IMG/VR virus record: IMGVR_UViG_2778261689_000008
Location: 1-28,040 of that record
Source: a virus
Lineage: Duplodnaviria; Heunggongvirae; Uroviricota; Caudoviricetes
Strand: one strand, 5' to 3'
Length of the DNA: 28,040 bases
Shown one piece after another: positions 20,431-27,683 of the stretch. Both the position numbers and the translations under genes were made by a program. The notes under the pieces are model-generated. The model had not been told where the DNA came from, ran no database searches, and was given only the letters and a program-made list of their open reading frames with translations. Position 1 is the stretch's first letter; each line of letters starts with the position of its first letter.

Positions 20431-20805
20431 TTATTCCGATCGCTGGAGTTGCTCATGATGATACAGAGCGAGAATCAGGTCATAAGACCCTTGCCTGTCT
20501 TTGTAACCAGTTTTATCAACCAATTCAGCTTTACTGATTCCGGGTAAATCAAGAATCAGATTCGCAACTTCAATTGCCCTTTGGTACAACTTACCGCCCT
20601 TTTTCTCCCCATGCAGTGGTTTTACATTCTTCAGGTAACCGCTATCCGCCAGGGCGAGAAATGTTGCCCTTGGGCATATCTTCTTTCTTGACGATTCGCT
20701 TTCTGTAACCTCTGCGACAGCTGCATCCCATGCATCACGAGGAGTCATTGAGCTATCAGCCACCAAATGATAAGCGATTAAAGCAACGTGAGCGTATTGA
20801 GACAT
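20431..20805 (-). CDS. Hypothetical protein, 124 aa (moron position after the lysis cassette)
   Basis: Track ORF; no family recognised. Confidence 0.5.
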   Translation of the reverse strand: MSQYAHVALIAYHLVADSSMTPRDAWDAAVAEVTESESSRKKICPRATFLALADSGYLKNVKPLHGEKKGGKLYQRAIEVANLILDLPGISKAELVDKTGYKDRQGSYDLILALYHHEQLQRSE

Positions 20806-20843
20806 AATGCATCCATATACAAAAATCTAATGATAAGACTTTT

Positions 20844-21287
20844 CTAATATGAACACTGTGATCTCACATATTCTTGCAGGCCATTCAATTGGTTAGTTAT
20901 GGTTTCGATGCGCTCTCTGAGAACGAAATAATCCCGTTGAGCGGTGTCAGTAAGTCTGGGGCTGGAAGCATCATCCACGCCGGAGGCGGCGGTGGTTTTA
21001 TGCTTGTCCGGACAGACTGCTTTGACGTGCAGCCACTTACGACCAGCAGAAACATCAGCACGAAGACTTTCGATAGTCGCGTTAGCATCAGCAAGCTCCT
21101 TTGTGTATCTGGCGTCGAGTTCTGCTACATCATGTTGACGCTTCTGCATGTCAGCGATTGTGGATGTGGCCTTATCGCGCTGCTCTTTGTAGGTAATGGC
21201 GTTATCACGGTAATGATTAACCGCCCATGACAGGCAGACGATGATGCAGATAACCAGAGCGGAGATAATCGCGGTTACTCTGCTCAT
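20844..21287 (-). CDS. Rz: i-spanin Rz
   Basis: 147 aa; N-terminal [34 protein letters not shown] closely resembles lambda Rz; overlaps the endolysin stop. Confidence 0.85.
   Translation of the reverse strand: MSRVTAIISALVICIIVCLSWAVNHYRDNAITYKEQRDKATSTIADMQKRQHDVAELDARYTKELADANATIESLRADVSAGRKWLHVKAVCPDKHKTTAASGVDDASSPRLTDTAQRDYFVLRERIETITNQLNGLQEYVRSQCSY
20897..21094 (-). CDS. Rz1: o-spanin Rz1 lipoprotein, embedded in Rz in another frame
   Basis: Lipobox LVVSGC followed by the proline-rich [25 protein letters not shown], lambda Rz1-like; entirely inside Rz. Confidence 0.8.
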   Translation of the reverse strand: MLMLTRLSKVFVLMFLLVVSGCTSKQSVRTSIKPPPPPAWMMLPAPDLLTPLNGIISFSESASKP

Positions 21288-21760
21288 ACCTCAATCTCTC
21301 TGACCATTCCGCCAGCTTCTTTGAATTTTGCAATCAGGTTGTCAGCCTTATGCTCGAACTGACCATAACCAGCCCCCGGCAGTGAAGCCCAGATATTGCT
21401 GCAACGGTCGATTGCCTGACGGATATCACCGCGATCAATCATCGGTAAAGCGCCACGTTCTTTAATCTGCTGCAATGCCACTGCGTCCTGGCTTTTGGGG
21501 GAGAAGTCTTTCAGGCCAAGCTGCTTACGGTAAGCATCCCACCAGCGTGAAAGAAGCTGATAACGCCCGGCTGCTGTTGATTTGAGTTTTGGGTTTAGCG
21601 TGACAAGTTTGCGAGGATGATCGGAGTAATCAGTAAATAGCTCTCCGCCTACAATGACGTCATAACCATGATTTCTGGTTTTCTGCCGTCCGTTATCCGT
21701 TCCTTCTGACCATGCCACCATATCGAGGAAAGCCTTACGCTGAGGATTAAGATTTTGCAT
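21284..21760 (-). CDS. R: Endolysin, lambda R-type lytic transglycosylase
   Basis: 158 aa; [57 protein letters not shown] is near-identical to lambda R as I recall it. Confidence 0.9.
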   Translation of the reverse strand: MQNLNPQRKAFLDMVAWSEGTDNGRQKTRNHGYDVIVGGELFTDYSDHPRKLVTLNPKLKSTAAGRYQLLSRWWDAYRKQLGLKDFSPKSQDAVALQQIKERGALPMIDRGDIRQAIDRCSNIWASLPGAGYGQFEHKADNLIAKFKEAGGMVREIEV

Positions 21761-22064
21761 TTTTCACCCCTGTCAGTCGTTCCCAGAAGTACGTCAGTGC
21801 AACCGAACCCATCGCACCACTAATCCCCGCTGTCGCGAGAATCATGTAAATACTGAATCCACTTTCGATGCTGATCAGGCCACCAATAACACCGGTGAAT
21901 CCTGATACCACTATCTGAGCCAGAGCATTTATCCAACTCCACGTTGCTTTACTCTGCTTCACATCTATCAGGTAGCGGACTAGACCGCCCCAACCTGCGA
22001 TGATCAGCAAAACGAGCCAGAACGCTCCGGCAAGGCTCTCTTTTTCGTGCATATGAATAGCCAA
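21747..22064 (-). CDS. Holin (TTG start with a downstream in-frame ATG, M-A-I-H-M)
   Basis: 105 aa with three hydrophobic segments, immediately upstream of and overlapping the endolysin. Confidence 0.7.
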   Translation of the reverse strand: MAIHMHEKESLAGAFWLVLLIIAGWGGLVRYLIDVKQSKATWSWINALAQIVVSGFTGVIGGLISIESGFSIYMILATAGISGAMGSVALTYFWERLTGVKNAKS

Positions 22065-22168
22065 TGTTTCGCCGCCGACAAAAGGCCGGGACGTTAAATG
22101 TCAGAAATCAGGCTCACGGGGTAATTTAACGACAAAGCACGGAGTTGATGCTCCCCGCAAGCCTGGAA

Positions 22169-22193
22169 TAAAAAAGCCAGCATGTAGCTGGCA
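22169..22193 (-). terminator. Intrinsic terminator, tR'-like, about 190 nt downstream of Q
   Basis: On the minus strand: GCCAGC-UACAU-GCUGGC (6-bp stem, 5-nt loop) followed by UUUUUU; the distance from the Q stop matches the roughly 190-nt late leader RNA of lambdoid phages. Confidence 0.5.
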
Positions 22194-22269
22194 ACAGAGG
22201 GTTAAGCAATATCAACTCAACAGTTGAAGACACCCTGGCTGGGGTAGGTTGGAAGGCTACTCACCGTCC

Positions 22270-22307
22270 AGAAACAGAAAAGCCCAAAGTTTTAAACCTC
22301 GGGCTTG
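22270..22307 (-). terminator. Second hairpin plus U-rich tract inside the late leader (candidate pause/terminator or qut-associated structure)
   Basis: AAGCCC...GGGCUU stem with an internally paired loop, followed by UUCUGUUUCUGG on the minus strand; 70-100 nt downstream of the Q stop. Confidence 0.3.
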
Positions 22308-22373
22308 AATTTGGATTACTGCCAGTGCGTACAACATTGGCAAAATATCAGATTTACACGAAATATATGCTTT

Positions 22374-23063
22374 TTAATCCAGTTTTGCAATACTTTGCTG
22401 TGAAAATGTCGTCTTTTGTTTTGAACGTGTTTTCGTTAAAAGCAATAAAGCTTGGCTATCAAGCTGTAGAAAAATGTGCTTCATTGCAACCCAGCGTTCA
22501 GTAAATGTCTCAGACCAGTTTTTTGATGTCACTCCCACCAGTGATGCCAGCTCCTGGTATTCATAGGTCTTACGCCCTGCCAGCTCGTTCTTCACATCCT
22601 GTGCCGCCAGCCAGATCAACTTCTTTAAGCGTTCCAGTGTCTTACTGGCAATTTTTCTTTTACCTAACAGAGCCTTAAACTCGTTCCATGCCCACTGCGT
22701 TATGGCAACCTGATGCTCCCAGCGAACACTTTCGCTGTAACTCCACAGCAACCACGCTTTCTGATGTTCTTCGAGAGACAGAACCGCGCGGCGCCATGAA
22801 GATGTTGAGAACTCAACCTGGCTGACCAGTGCAATGGATGAACCTTTTGCGTACGACTGCTTACCGGAAATCGGCGGATTATCCAGCGTAATCATCTTGC
22901 CCGTTACCTCATCCAGAATGCGCGGCTTCTTTCGTTTATATGTACCAGTATCAAATTGTGCATGCTCCAGCCAGGCTTCAAGCTGGCCTTTCGTTGCTCC
23001 GCTCAAATCAGCAGTAGCCACAATGAGTTGCTCGCGGACATACTGTAAATATTGGGTATTCAT
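22374..23063 (-). CDS. Late-gene antiterminator Q
   Basis: 229 aa directly upstream of the late leader and lysis genes and downstream of rusA/ylcG. Confidence 0.7.
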   Translation of the reverse strand: MNTQYLQYVREQLIVATADLSGATKGQLEAWLEHAQFDTGTYKRKKPRILDEVTGKMITLDNPPISGKQSYAKGSSIALVSQVEFSTSSWRRAVLSLEEHQKAWLLWSYSESVRWEHQVAITQWAWNEFKALLGKRKIASKTLERLKKLIWLAAQDVKNELAGRKTYEYQELASLVGVTSKNWSETFTERWVAMKHIFLQLDSQALLLLTKTRSKQKTTFSQQSIAKLD

Positions 23064-23200
23064 GCGGCAGCTCCTTTCAGTGTTTTGGCGTAATTCTTCA
23101 GTATCCGGTAATCGGTCAAAACAGAACCGGGGAAACGATATAAGCGCAGGCGCATCCAGCGGTGGCGAAGACGTTCTGCCATATAAGACTCAAACATCAT
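23060..23200 (-). CDS. ylcG: YlcG-like small protein (46 aa; not in the supplied track)
   Basis: Translates [46 protein letters not shown]; ATGA overlap with the rusA stop and with the Q start; same position as ylcG in DLP12. Confidence 0.6.
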   Translation of the reverse strand: MMFESYMAERLRHRWMRLRLYRFPGSVLTDYRILKNYAKTLKGAAA

Positions 23201-23559
23201 TCATTCCCCAGTTCAGTGATGGTCAGCTCCAGCTTCCCACCTTTGGTAACGGGCATCTTCACAACACGGTAATCAACGACCTGAACATCATCCAGCCAGA
23301 AACCTGCTTTGGTGAGTGCGTCAAAAGCGGCTTTTTGCAGATTATCCAGGTCACGGCGACGGCGATCCGGCATGTGGCACTCAATACGGATTTTCACAGG
23401 CATAGCCAGGCCGATATCCAGCATTGCGTTTTTAATGATTCGGGCGACGTTATCGCGGTATGCCTGCCCCTCTGCGCTGACGTGCGTGCGCCCGCGATTA
23501 TGGCGGTAATAGCGATTATTGCTCGGAGGCCAGGGTAATGTGATGCTGTAGGTATTCAC
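23197..23559 (-). CDS. rusA: Holliday junction resolvase RusA
   Basis: 120 aa; [10 protein letters not shown] ... [29 protein letters not shown] matches RusA. Confidence 0.9.
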   Translation of the reverse strand: MNTYSITLPWPPSNNRYYRHNRGRTHVSAEGQAYRDNVARIIKNAMLDIGLAMPVKIRIECHMPDRRRRDLDNLQKAAFDALTKAGFWLDDVQVVDYRVVKMPVTKGGKLELTITELGNE

Positions 23560-23846
23560 GCCTTAATACCCCCCTCTTTCAGCCAGATAACCTGTGTTCT
23601 CGCCATACCTTCCAGCGCGCATTCTTTTGCATACTCAGCATCGACAAAATGTGTGCGGCGGTCGATTTCGTCGTGACAGGCAGAACATGCGATGGTGGCA
23701 ATCAGGTCTGGCGGTTTGATACCGGTACCGCACAATCCAGCCAGCCGGATATGTGCCAGTACAGACGTTTCAGAATTGCCATTACATACGCCAGGGATTC
23801 TTACCTGGCATTCCCGACCACGCGCTGCTTTTCTCAAATCAGCCAT
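23556..23846 (-). CDS. ybcO: YbcO-like protein (DUF1364, Cys-rich putative nuclease)
   Basis: Start trimmed to [23 protein letters not shown] (96 aa); cysteine cluster; position between ninE and rusA as in DLP12. Confidence 0.7.
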   Translation of the reverse strand: MADLRKAARGRECQVRIPGVCNGNSETSVLAHIRLAGLCGTGIKPPDLIATIACSACHDEIDRRTHFVDAEYAKECALEGMARTQVIWLKEGGIKA

Positions 23847-24009
23847 GATTCCTCCTTGCTGCCAGTCGCAACCATTTTTTATCAACCAGGCTGGCGGTAT
23901 ATCCGAGCAGAGTTGGTATTTCGGATGGCTTCAGCTCAGGTTTACGCTTACGACGATTTGGTACTTTGTAGATGTGTCCGTTCATGACACGAATAAGCGG
24001 TGTAGCCAT
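23839..24009 (-). CDS. ninE: NinE-like small protein (56 aa; not in the supplied track)
   Basis: Translates [56 protein letters not shown]; 1-nt overlap with the ybcN stop; overlaps the ybcO start. Confidence 0.6.
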   Translation of the reverse strand: MATPLIRVMNGHIYKVPNRRKRKPELKPSEIPTLLGYTASLVDKKWLRLAARRNHG

Positions 24010-24464
24010 TACGCCTCCTGCTTGTCGCGCAGCAGCTGGAACTCGCAGCTCTGCGGAATAGTCAGGTGGCAGCCAATATTCATCGCCCAGGCTTCAACCT
24101 TACACAGGAAGACATACATCTCTCCGGTATCGAGATCGGAGGTATGACGTAATGACTGAATGGTGGTGATTTCACCGGTTACGACATCAACCAGTTCTTT
24201 GGTTTCATAACCGAGATAAGTGTGTTTGAGTGCATCTTTTACCCATACTGCAGTAGCGAACGTTTTCCCCCTGCTGATGAGGTATTCGCTGATTTCGCTG
24301 TACCACATGTGGCTGAGTGCATTCTGGGAAAGACTGCGTCTCTCGCGCCACGGTTTAAGCACCATGCGAAAGCATTTTCCGTCCTCCAGATAAGGCTGGA
24401 TCTGCTGACCGATAGCGGTGAAGTTACCGCGATGCAATTTGATACCGTCTTGTGGGAGGTTCAC
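24009..24464 (-). CDS. ybcN: YbcN-like nin-region protein
   Basis: 151 aa; GTG start with GGAGGTGA upstream; position and size match DLP12 ybcN. Confidence 0.7.
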
Positions 24465-24507
24465 GCTTCACCTCCGCAGAGGTCAAACGCTAGATGCAAA
24501 GAATTGC

Positions 24508-24626
24508 AGGTGCATTTCTGCATCTGTGAAGGGAGAAGAGAGTTTGGATTGTATGTGCGCATAAACGTCCCCGTTTAGCGCAGAAGTCACCAGAGTTGTT
24601 CAGGCTCCGATGACATGATTATGGCG
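24508..24626. repeat. 119-bp direct repeat, copy A (upstream of ybcN)
   Basis: About 110 of 119 positions identical to 26508-26626 with no indels; contains a near-palindromic 18-mer (24508-24525) and a 10-bp-stem hairpin (24557-24581). Confidence 0.85.
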
Positions 24627-24651
24627 AGTTGATTATCGCAAATCAAAGGTT

Positions 24652-25008
24652 TTAATTGTGCTTTATTCCTTCAAGCGTTGCCTTCATACCAACCAAAGAA
24701 ATGTTTAGCTCTCCAACTTTCTCAGGGCTATATAATTCAGAATGAAGCCAATATTCTGATTTATCTAAACATCTTTTAGCCAGCTCTCGATCAAAGTCTA
24801 CGACTTGGGAAGACGCTTCATACCAAAGCCTATAAAGTTTTTCTTCTTCGTTTGGGTTATTAGGCTCACCACGTTTTAATTTTTCAGTATATAAAATTGT
24901 TGAACAAATCGCAGGAGTTAATCCAGTGATTGCCCTCTGCCGCAGATCGGATTTGTTTGTTATCCACCCTAACAGACGATCTCCCATCCATGTGATAATT
25001 GTATCCAT
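24652..25008 (-). CDS. AT-rich orphan protein, 118 aa, no recognised family
   Basis: Track ORF, visibly AT-rich relative to flanking phage genes; GAAGGG 9 nt upstream of the ATG. Confidence 0.55.
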   Translation of the reverse strand: MDTIITWMGDRLLGWITNKSDLRQRAITGLTPAICSTILYTEKLKRGEPNNPNEEEKLYRLWYEASSQVVDFDRELAKRCLDKSEYWLHSELYSPEKVGELNISLVGMKATLEGIKHN

Positions 25009-25469
25009 GCTTTAGCCCTTCTTAGTAAATAGTGTGTAGGGCGACTGAAGGACCGAGTTTATGCTTTTTCGCATTGCTTTCAGTTAGTACACCGGTATCG
25101 CACCGGAAACAATCCTACGGCAAATTGGTTGTCTGACCTCTCGGTTTTTCGTGCATTAACCGATACCCACTACAGTCTCGGCGAAAGCTGCACACCCCCA
25201 GGGTGTACTGGTAGCACTCGGCACAGCCTAGCACGCCACTTTCTTCTCACTATCCAGTCTAATTTTATCCCCTAGTCAGACACTCAGATGTAGTGCTCCG
25301 CAGCGGCATGCGGGGGAATACAAAAACTCGGACAAAATTGGGCCCTCCTTTTTGAATCACTCGCGGGGATGTAGTTATTAATACATGGAAAAAGATCTGT
25401 TTTCAAATCCAACATTATATGGTTTCAATACCACGGGGTGGCTATGTGTTTCTCATTGTTAATTGGAAT
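25009..25469 (-). other. ORF-free 460-bp region rich in short stems; candidate structured non-coding RNA or regulatory region
   Basis: No ORF of 60 aa or more on either strand and only 15-20 codon ORFs with weak RBSs by manual scan; multiple short inverted repeats (ccggtatcgcaccgg, acaccc-cca-gggtgt, ccgca-gcggca-tgcgg, tcggtt...aaccga, gggccc). Confidence 0.3.
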
Positions 25470-26078
25470 CTACTGTAATCGATCCGAACGTAAATGCGGC
25501 AAAACTCGACTCCACTTATCATCCTGCCACGGCCGGAATTTTACATGCGCCGTTTCTCTGGCAAGGATTGCTCGCGCCTTGCTGAGTATCAGGGGATATT
25601 CCTGACTGATAGAAGTAAAGCGACCGGCTTCGCGGTGCTCCGCAACCTGAAGAAGTGGAGTAACGTTCTGGCAGGCGATTAACATCGTATCACTTGCTCG
25701 CCATAACCAGGCGAGTGTGCAAAGTTCGTTATCAGTGAATTGTTTTGTGATTGGTGATTGTTGAACTTCTCGATCGAGAATATCCAGCACCCAGCGGCGG
25801 AATTCTTTGGCCACAGGAGTACGAGCAAACATGGCGATCAAATGGGCTCCGCGAAGGCTAAATACTCGAGACTCCTGCATTCCACGAGGGGTGGTCACTT
25901 TGACCACCCTTGTCATCATATCTGTGAATTCATCTGAGTGCCGAGAGTAAATGCGCTGAACTGCTTTATCGTCCGCATATTCCAGTGCTAAACCAACTTC
26001 AGTGGCAGTAAGCCAAATTCTGTTATTGTGGCAAATCGGGGTAAACGTCGTTTTGTGGAATGCTAATTGAGTAGTCAT
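25470..26078 (-). CDS. Bro-N / antirepressor-like protein (tentative)
   Basis: 202 aa; the N-terminal half (FHKTTFTPICHNNRIWLTATEVGLALEYADDKA...) resembles Bro-N/KilA-N antirepressor domains. Confidence 0.55.
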   Translation of the reverse strand: MTTQLAFHKTTFTPICHNNRIWLTATEVGLALEYADDKAVQRIYSRHSDEFTDMMTRVVKVTTPRGMQESRVFSLRGAHLIAMFARTPVAKEFRRWVLDILDREVQQSPITKQFTDNELCTLAWLWRASDTMLIACQNVTPLLQVAEHREAGRFTSISQEYPLILSKARAILARETAHVKFRPWQDDKWSRVLPHLRSDRLQ

Positions 26079-26233
26079 AGTATCACCTCATCAGGTTAAC
26101 CATCACCACCAACGACGCCAATCGACTGGTGGTGAACTGTGTAAGGTTGGCGTAACCGGCTACTCAAACCCGGCGCTTCCGAAGAAGCCCTCACACAGCC
26201 CACCATAATTTGGGCATAGCCGTGCTTAGCGCA

Positions 26234-26256
26234 CAAAAAAACCGCTTAACGCGGTA
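26234..26256 (-). terminator. Intrinsic terminator-like hairpin with U7
   Basis: Minus strand: ACCGC-GUUAA-GCGGU followed by UUUUUUUG; lies between the small hydrophobic ORF and the Bro-N-like gene. Confidence 0.4.
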
Positions 26257-26341
26257 TGCGTTGAGTAGTATCCCGGGACGCCAATCCCGTGTGCCGATTT
26301 TGCGGCAACGCACAGAATATAGCGCCGGATAAATCATGTCG

Positions 26342-26431
26342 TCAACCCCAGTAAATGGACACCATGATGATCACAGCCATAGCTGCTACAACAGTTACAA
26401 CTACCTCAGGCCAAAACATAACGATTTCCAT
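26342..26431 (-). CDS. Small hydrophobic peptide, 29 aa (trimmed from the 82-aa track ORF)
   Basis: MEIVMFWPEVVVTVVAAMAVIIMVSIYWG with AAAGGTGAT immediately before the ATG; the longer track ORF would start inside repeat B, which is non-coding in copy A. Confidence 0.35.
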   Translation of the reverse strand: MEIVMFWPEVVVTVVAAMAVIIMVSIYWG

Positions 26432-26507
26432 ATCACCTTTAGCCGCCAGACGAATAGAGACTCCCAATTCTGGCTGTCGAAGTAAAACACCGAATGTAAA
26501 AAATCGT

Positions 26508-26626
26508 AGGTGCATTTCTGCATCTGTGAATGGAGATGAGAGTTTGGATTGTGTGTGCGCATAAACGTCCCCGTTTAGCGCAGAAGTCACCGGAGTTTTT
26601 TAGGCTCCGATGACAATATTATGGCT
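26508..26626. repeat. 119-bp direct repeat, copy B (exactly 2000 bp from copy A)
   Basis: See copy A; the hairpin (26557-26581) and the near-palindromic 18-mer (26508-26525) are conserved without change. Confidence 0.85.
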
Positions 26627-26709
26627 TTTTTATTTCTAAATTCAAAACTTGAAAATATTAAGATTCGCTTTTAAATCAACCCTAAACAACTGAAGATAAC
26701 ATCTGATAG

Positions 26710-27669
26710 TCAGCTAATTGCAAAGATATTAAAAATAACTTTAGGGAGTGCGAAAGATGAAATAAAAAGCACAACCATAAAAATGGCATGCTTAATAAAT
26801 GATGAGCTTGTAAAAAAAGCTCCTCCCTTGCTAATTCCTGCCATAAAAACAAAGATAAAGCTAATTAAGCACGACCATATCACTAACAAAACTGAGATTG
26901 ACATGCTTAAAGACATATCGCGAGAAAATACGTTTACTGAAATAGAAATGAAGGTAAAGAAAGAAGCAAATAAAGCAATGACACCCAGCATTGAGTTCCT
27001 TGCTGTAATTACTTCCGATTCAAAGCTTTTAACTTTCTCATGTATATCTTTTTCAGCATTTGATAATGTTGCATCAAATTGCTCAATCTTTGCAGTTTGC
27101 TGAGATAATGAAGACATTACCTTACCTATTTTTCTTTTAGTATCATTAATATTCTTTTTGCTCTTATTCAACTCTTGCGAAAAATTGGTTAGTTGATCAT
27201 TGATATTTTTCCAGAGGATGTTATCAATATCACTTTTTGTATATTTTTTTACATTCTCTTTATTAAAAGAAATTGTAGATTCAGAATTATTATTAACAAA
27301 GTAATTAGATAAAATGGCATTAGAGACAGTATTATCCATCACCGGCACAGTTGCTTTTGAACTGTATTTTATAGCTTCATGCAACATTTCTTTTTCATTA
27401 ACAAAAAGAGAGGTTTTTATTAAGTTTTGTGATGCCGCGTCTTTGATAGATATACTTTCCCGCTCTTTATTTGAAGCTGTTGCAGTTTTATTATCTATCT
27501 GCAAATTACTAATTTTTTGCACCCCTCCTGTATACGTAGATGTACTATTCGATACTTGTGAATTAGAATAAAGTGAATGATGCGCAGTTCTTTTTGCCAT
27601 GTCATCGTTGACTATAGCATTATTTTTTGCAGTTCTTTTTATATCCTTTTTATTATCATCCTTATTCAT
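26710..27669 (-). CDS. AT-rich protein, 319 aa: Asn/Ser/Lys-rich coiled-coil N-terminal region plus three C-terminal transmembrane helices; candidate exclusion/abortive-infection effector
   Basis: Track ORF; strongly AT-rich; GAGGTG RBS; C-terminal hydrophobic segments LGVIALFASFFTFISISVNVF, SISVLLVIWSCLISFIFVFMAGI, AIFMVVLFISSFALPKVIFNIFAI; 14-bp gap to the upstream ORF. Confidence 0.65.
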   Translation of the reverse strand: MNKDDNKKDIKRTAKNNAIVNDDMAKRTAHHSLYSNSQVSNSTSTYTGGVQKISNLQIDNKTATASNKERESISIKDAASQNLIKTSLFVNEKEMLHEAIKYSSKATVPVMDNTVSNAILSNYFVNNNSESTISFNKENVKKYTKSDIDNILWKNINDQLTNFSQELNKSKKNINDTKRKIGKVMSSLSQQTAKIEQFDATLSNAEKDIHEKVKSFESEVITARNSMLGVIALFASFFTFISISVNVFSRDMSLSMSISVLLVIWSCLISFIFVFMAGISKGGAFFTSSSFIKHAIFMVVLFISSFALPKVIFNIFAIS

Positions 27670-27683
27670 TCAGCCACCTCACA

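Noticed and set aside
22065-22373. tRNA genes between Q and the holin (common in some lambdoid prophages)
   Set aside because: No T-loop-like GGTTCGAATCC-type motif or cloverleaf-compatible stems seen by eye; the region is better explained by the late leader and terminators.
25009-25469. Retron msr/msd or type III toxin-antitoxin RNA
   Set aside because: No reverse transcriptase gene nearby and no tandem direct repeats of the ToxI type; the region is kept only as a generic candidate structured RNA.
26342-26590. Full-length 82-aa track ORF
   Set aside because: Its first 28 codons lie inside repeat copy B, whose twin (copy A) is non-coding upstream of ybcN; trimmed to the internal ATG with an RBS (29-aa peptide).
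1242-27571. Numerous plus-strand track ORFs of 60-234 aa (for example 2450-2848, 6363-6959, 8691-9116, 12063-12653, 12743-13240, 13113-13580, 15722-16126, 16559-17134, 18484-18882, 18867-19307, 22834-23538, 23692-24147, 26783-27103)
   Set aside because: Each lies antisense within a minus-strand gene that has a recognisable phage function or tight operon spacing; they are shadow ORFs typical of GC-rich coding DNA. Only 517-915 and 917-1360, inside the invertible segment, are taken as real plus-strand coding sequence.
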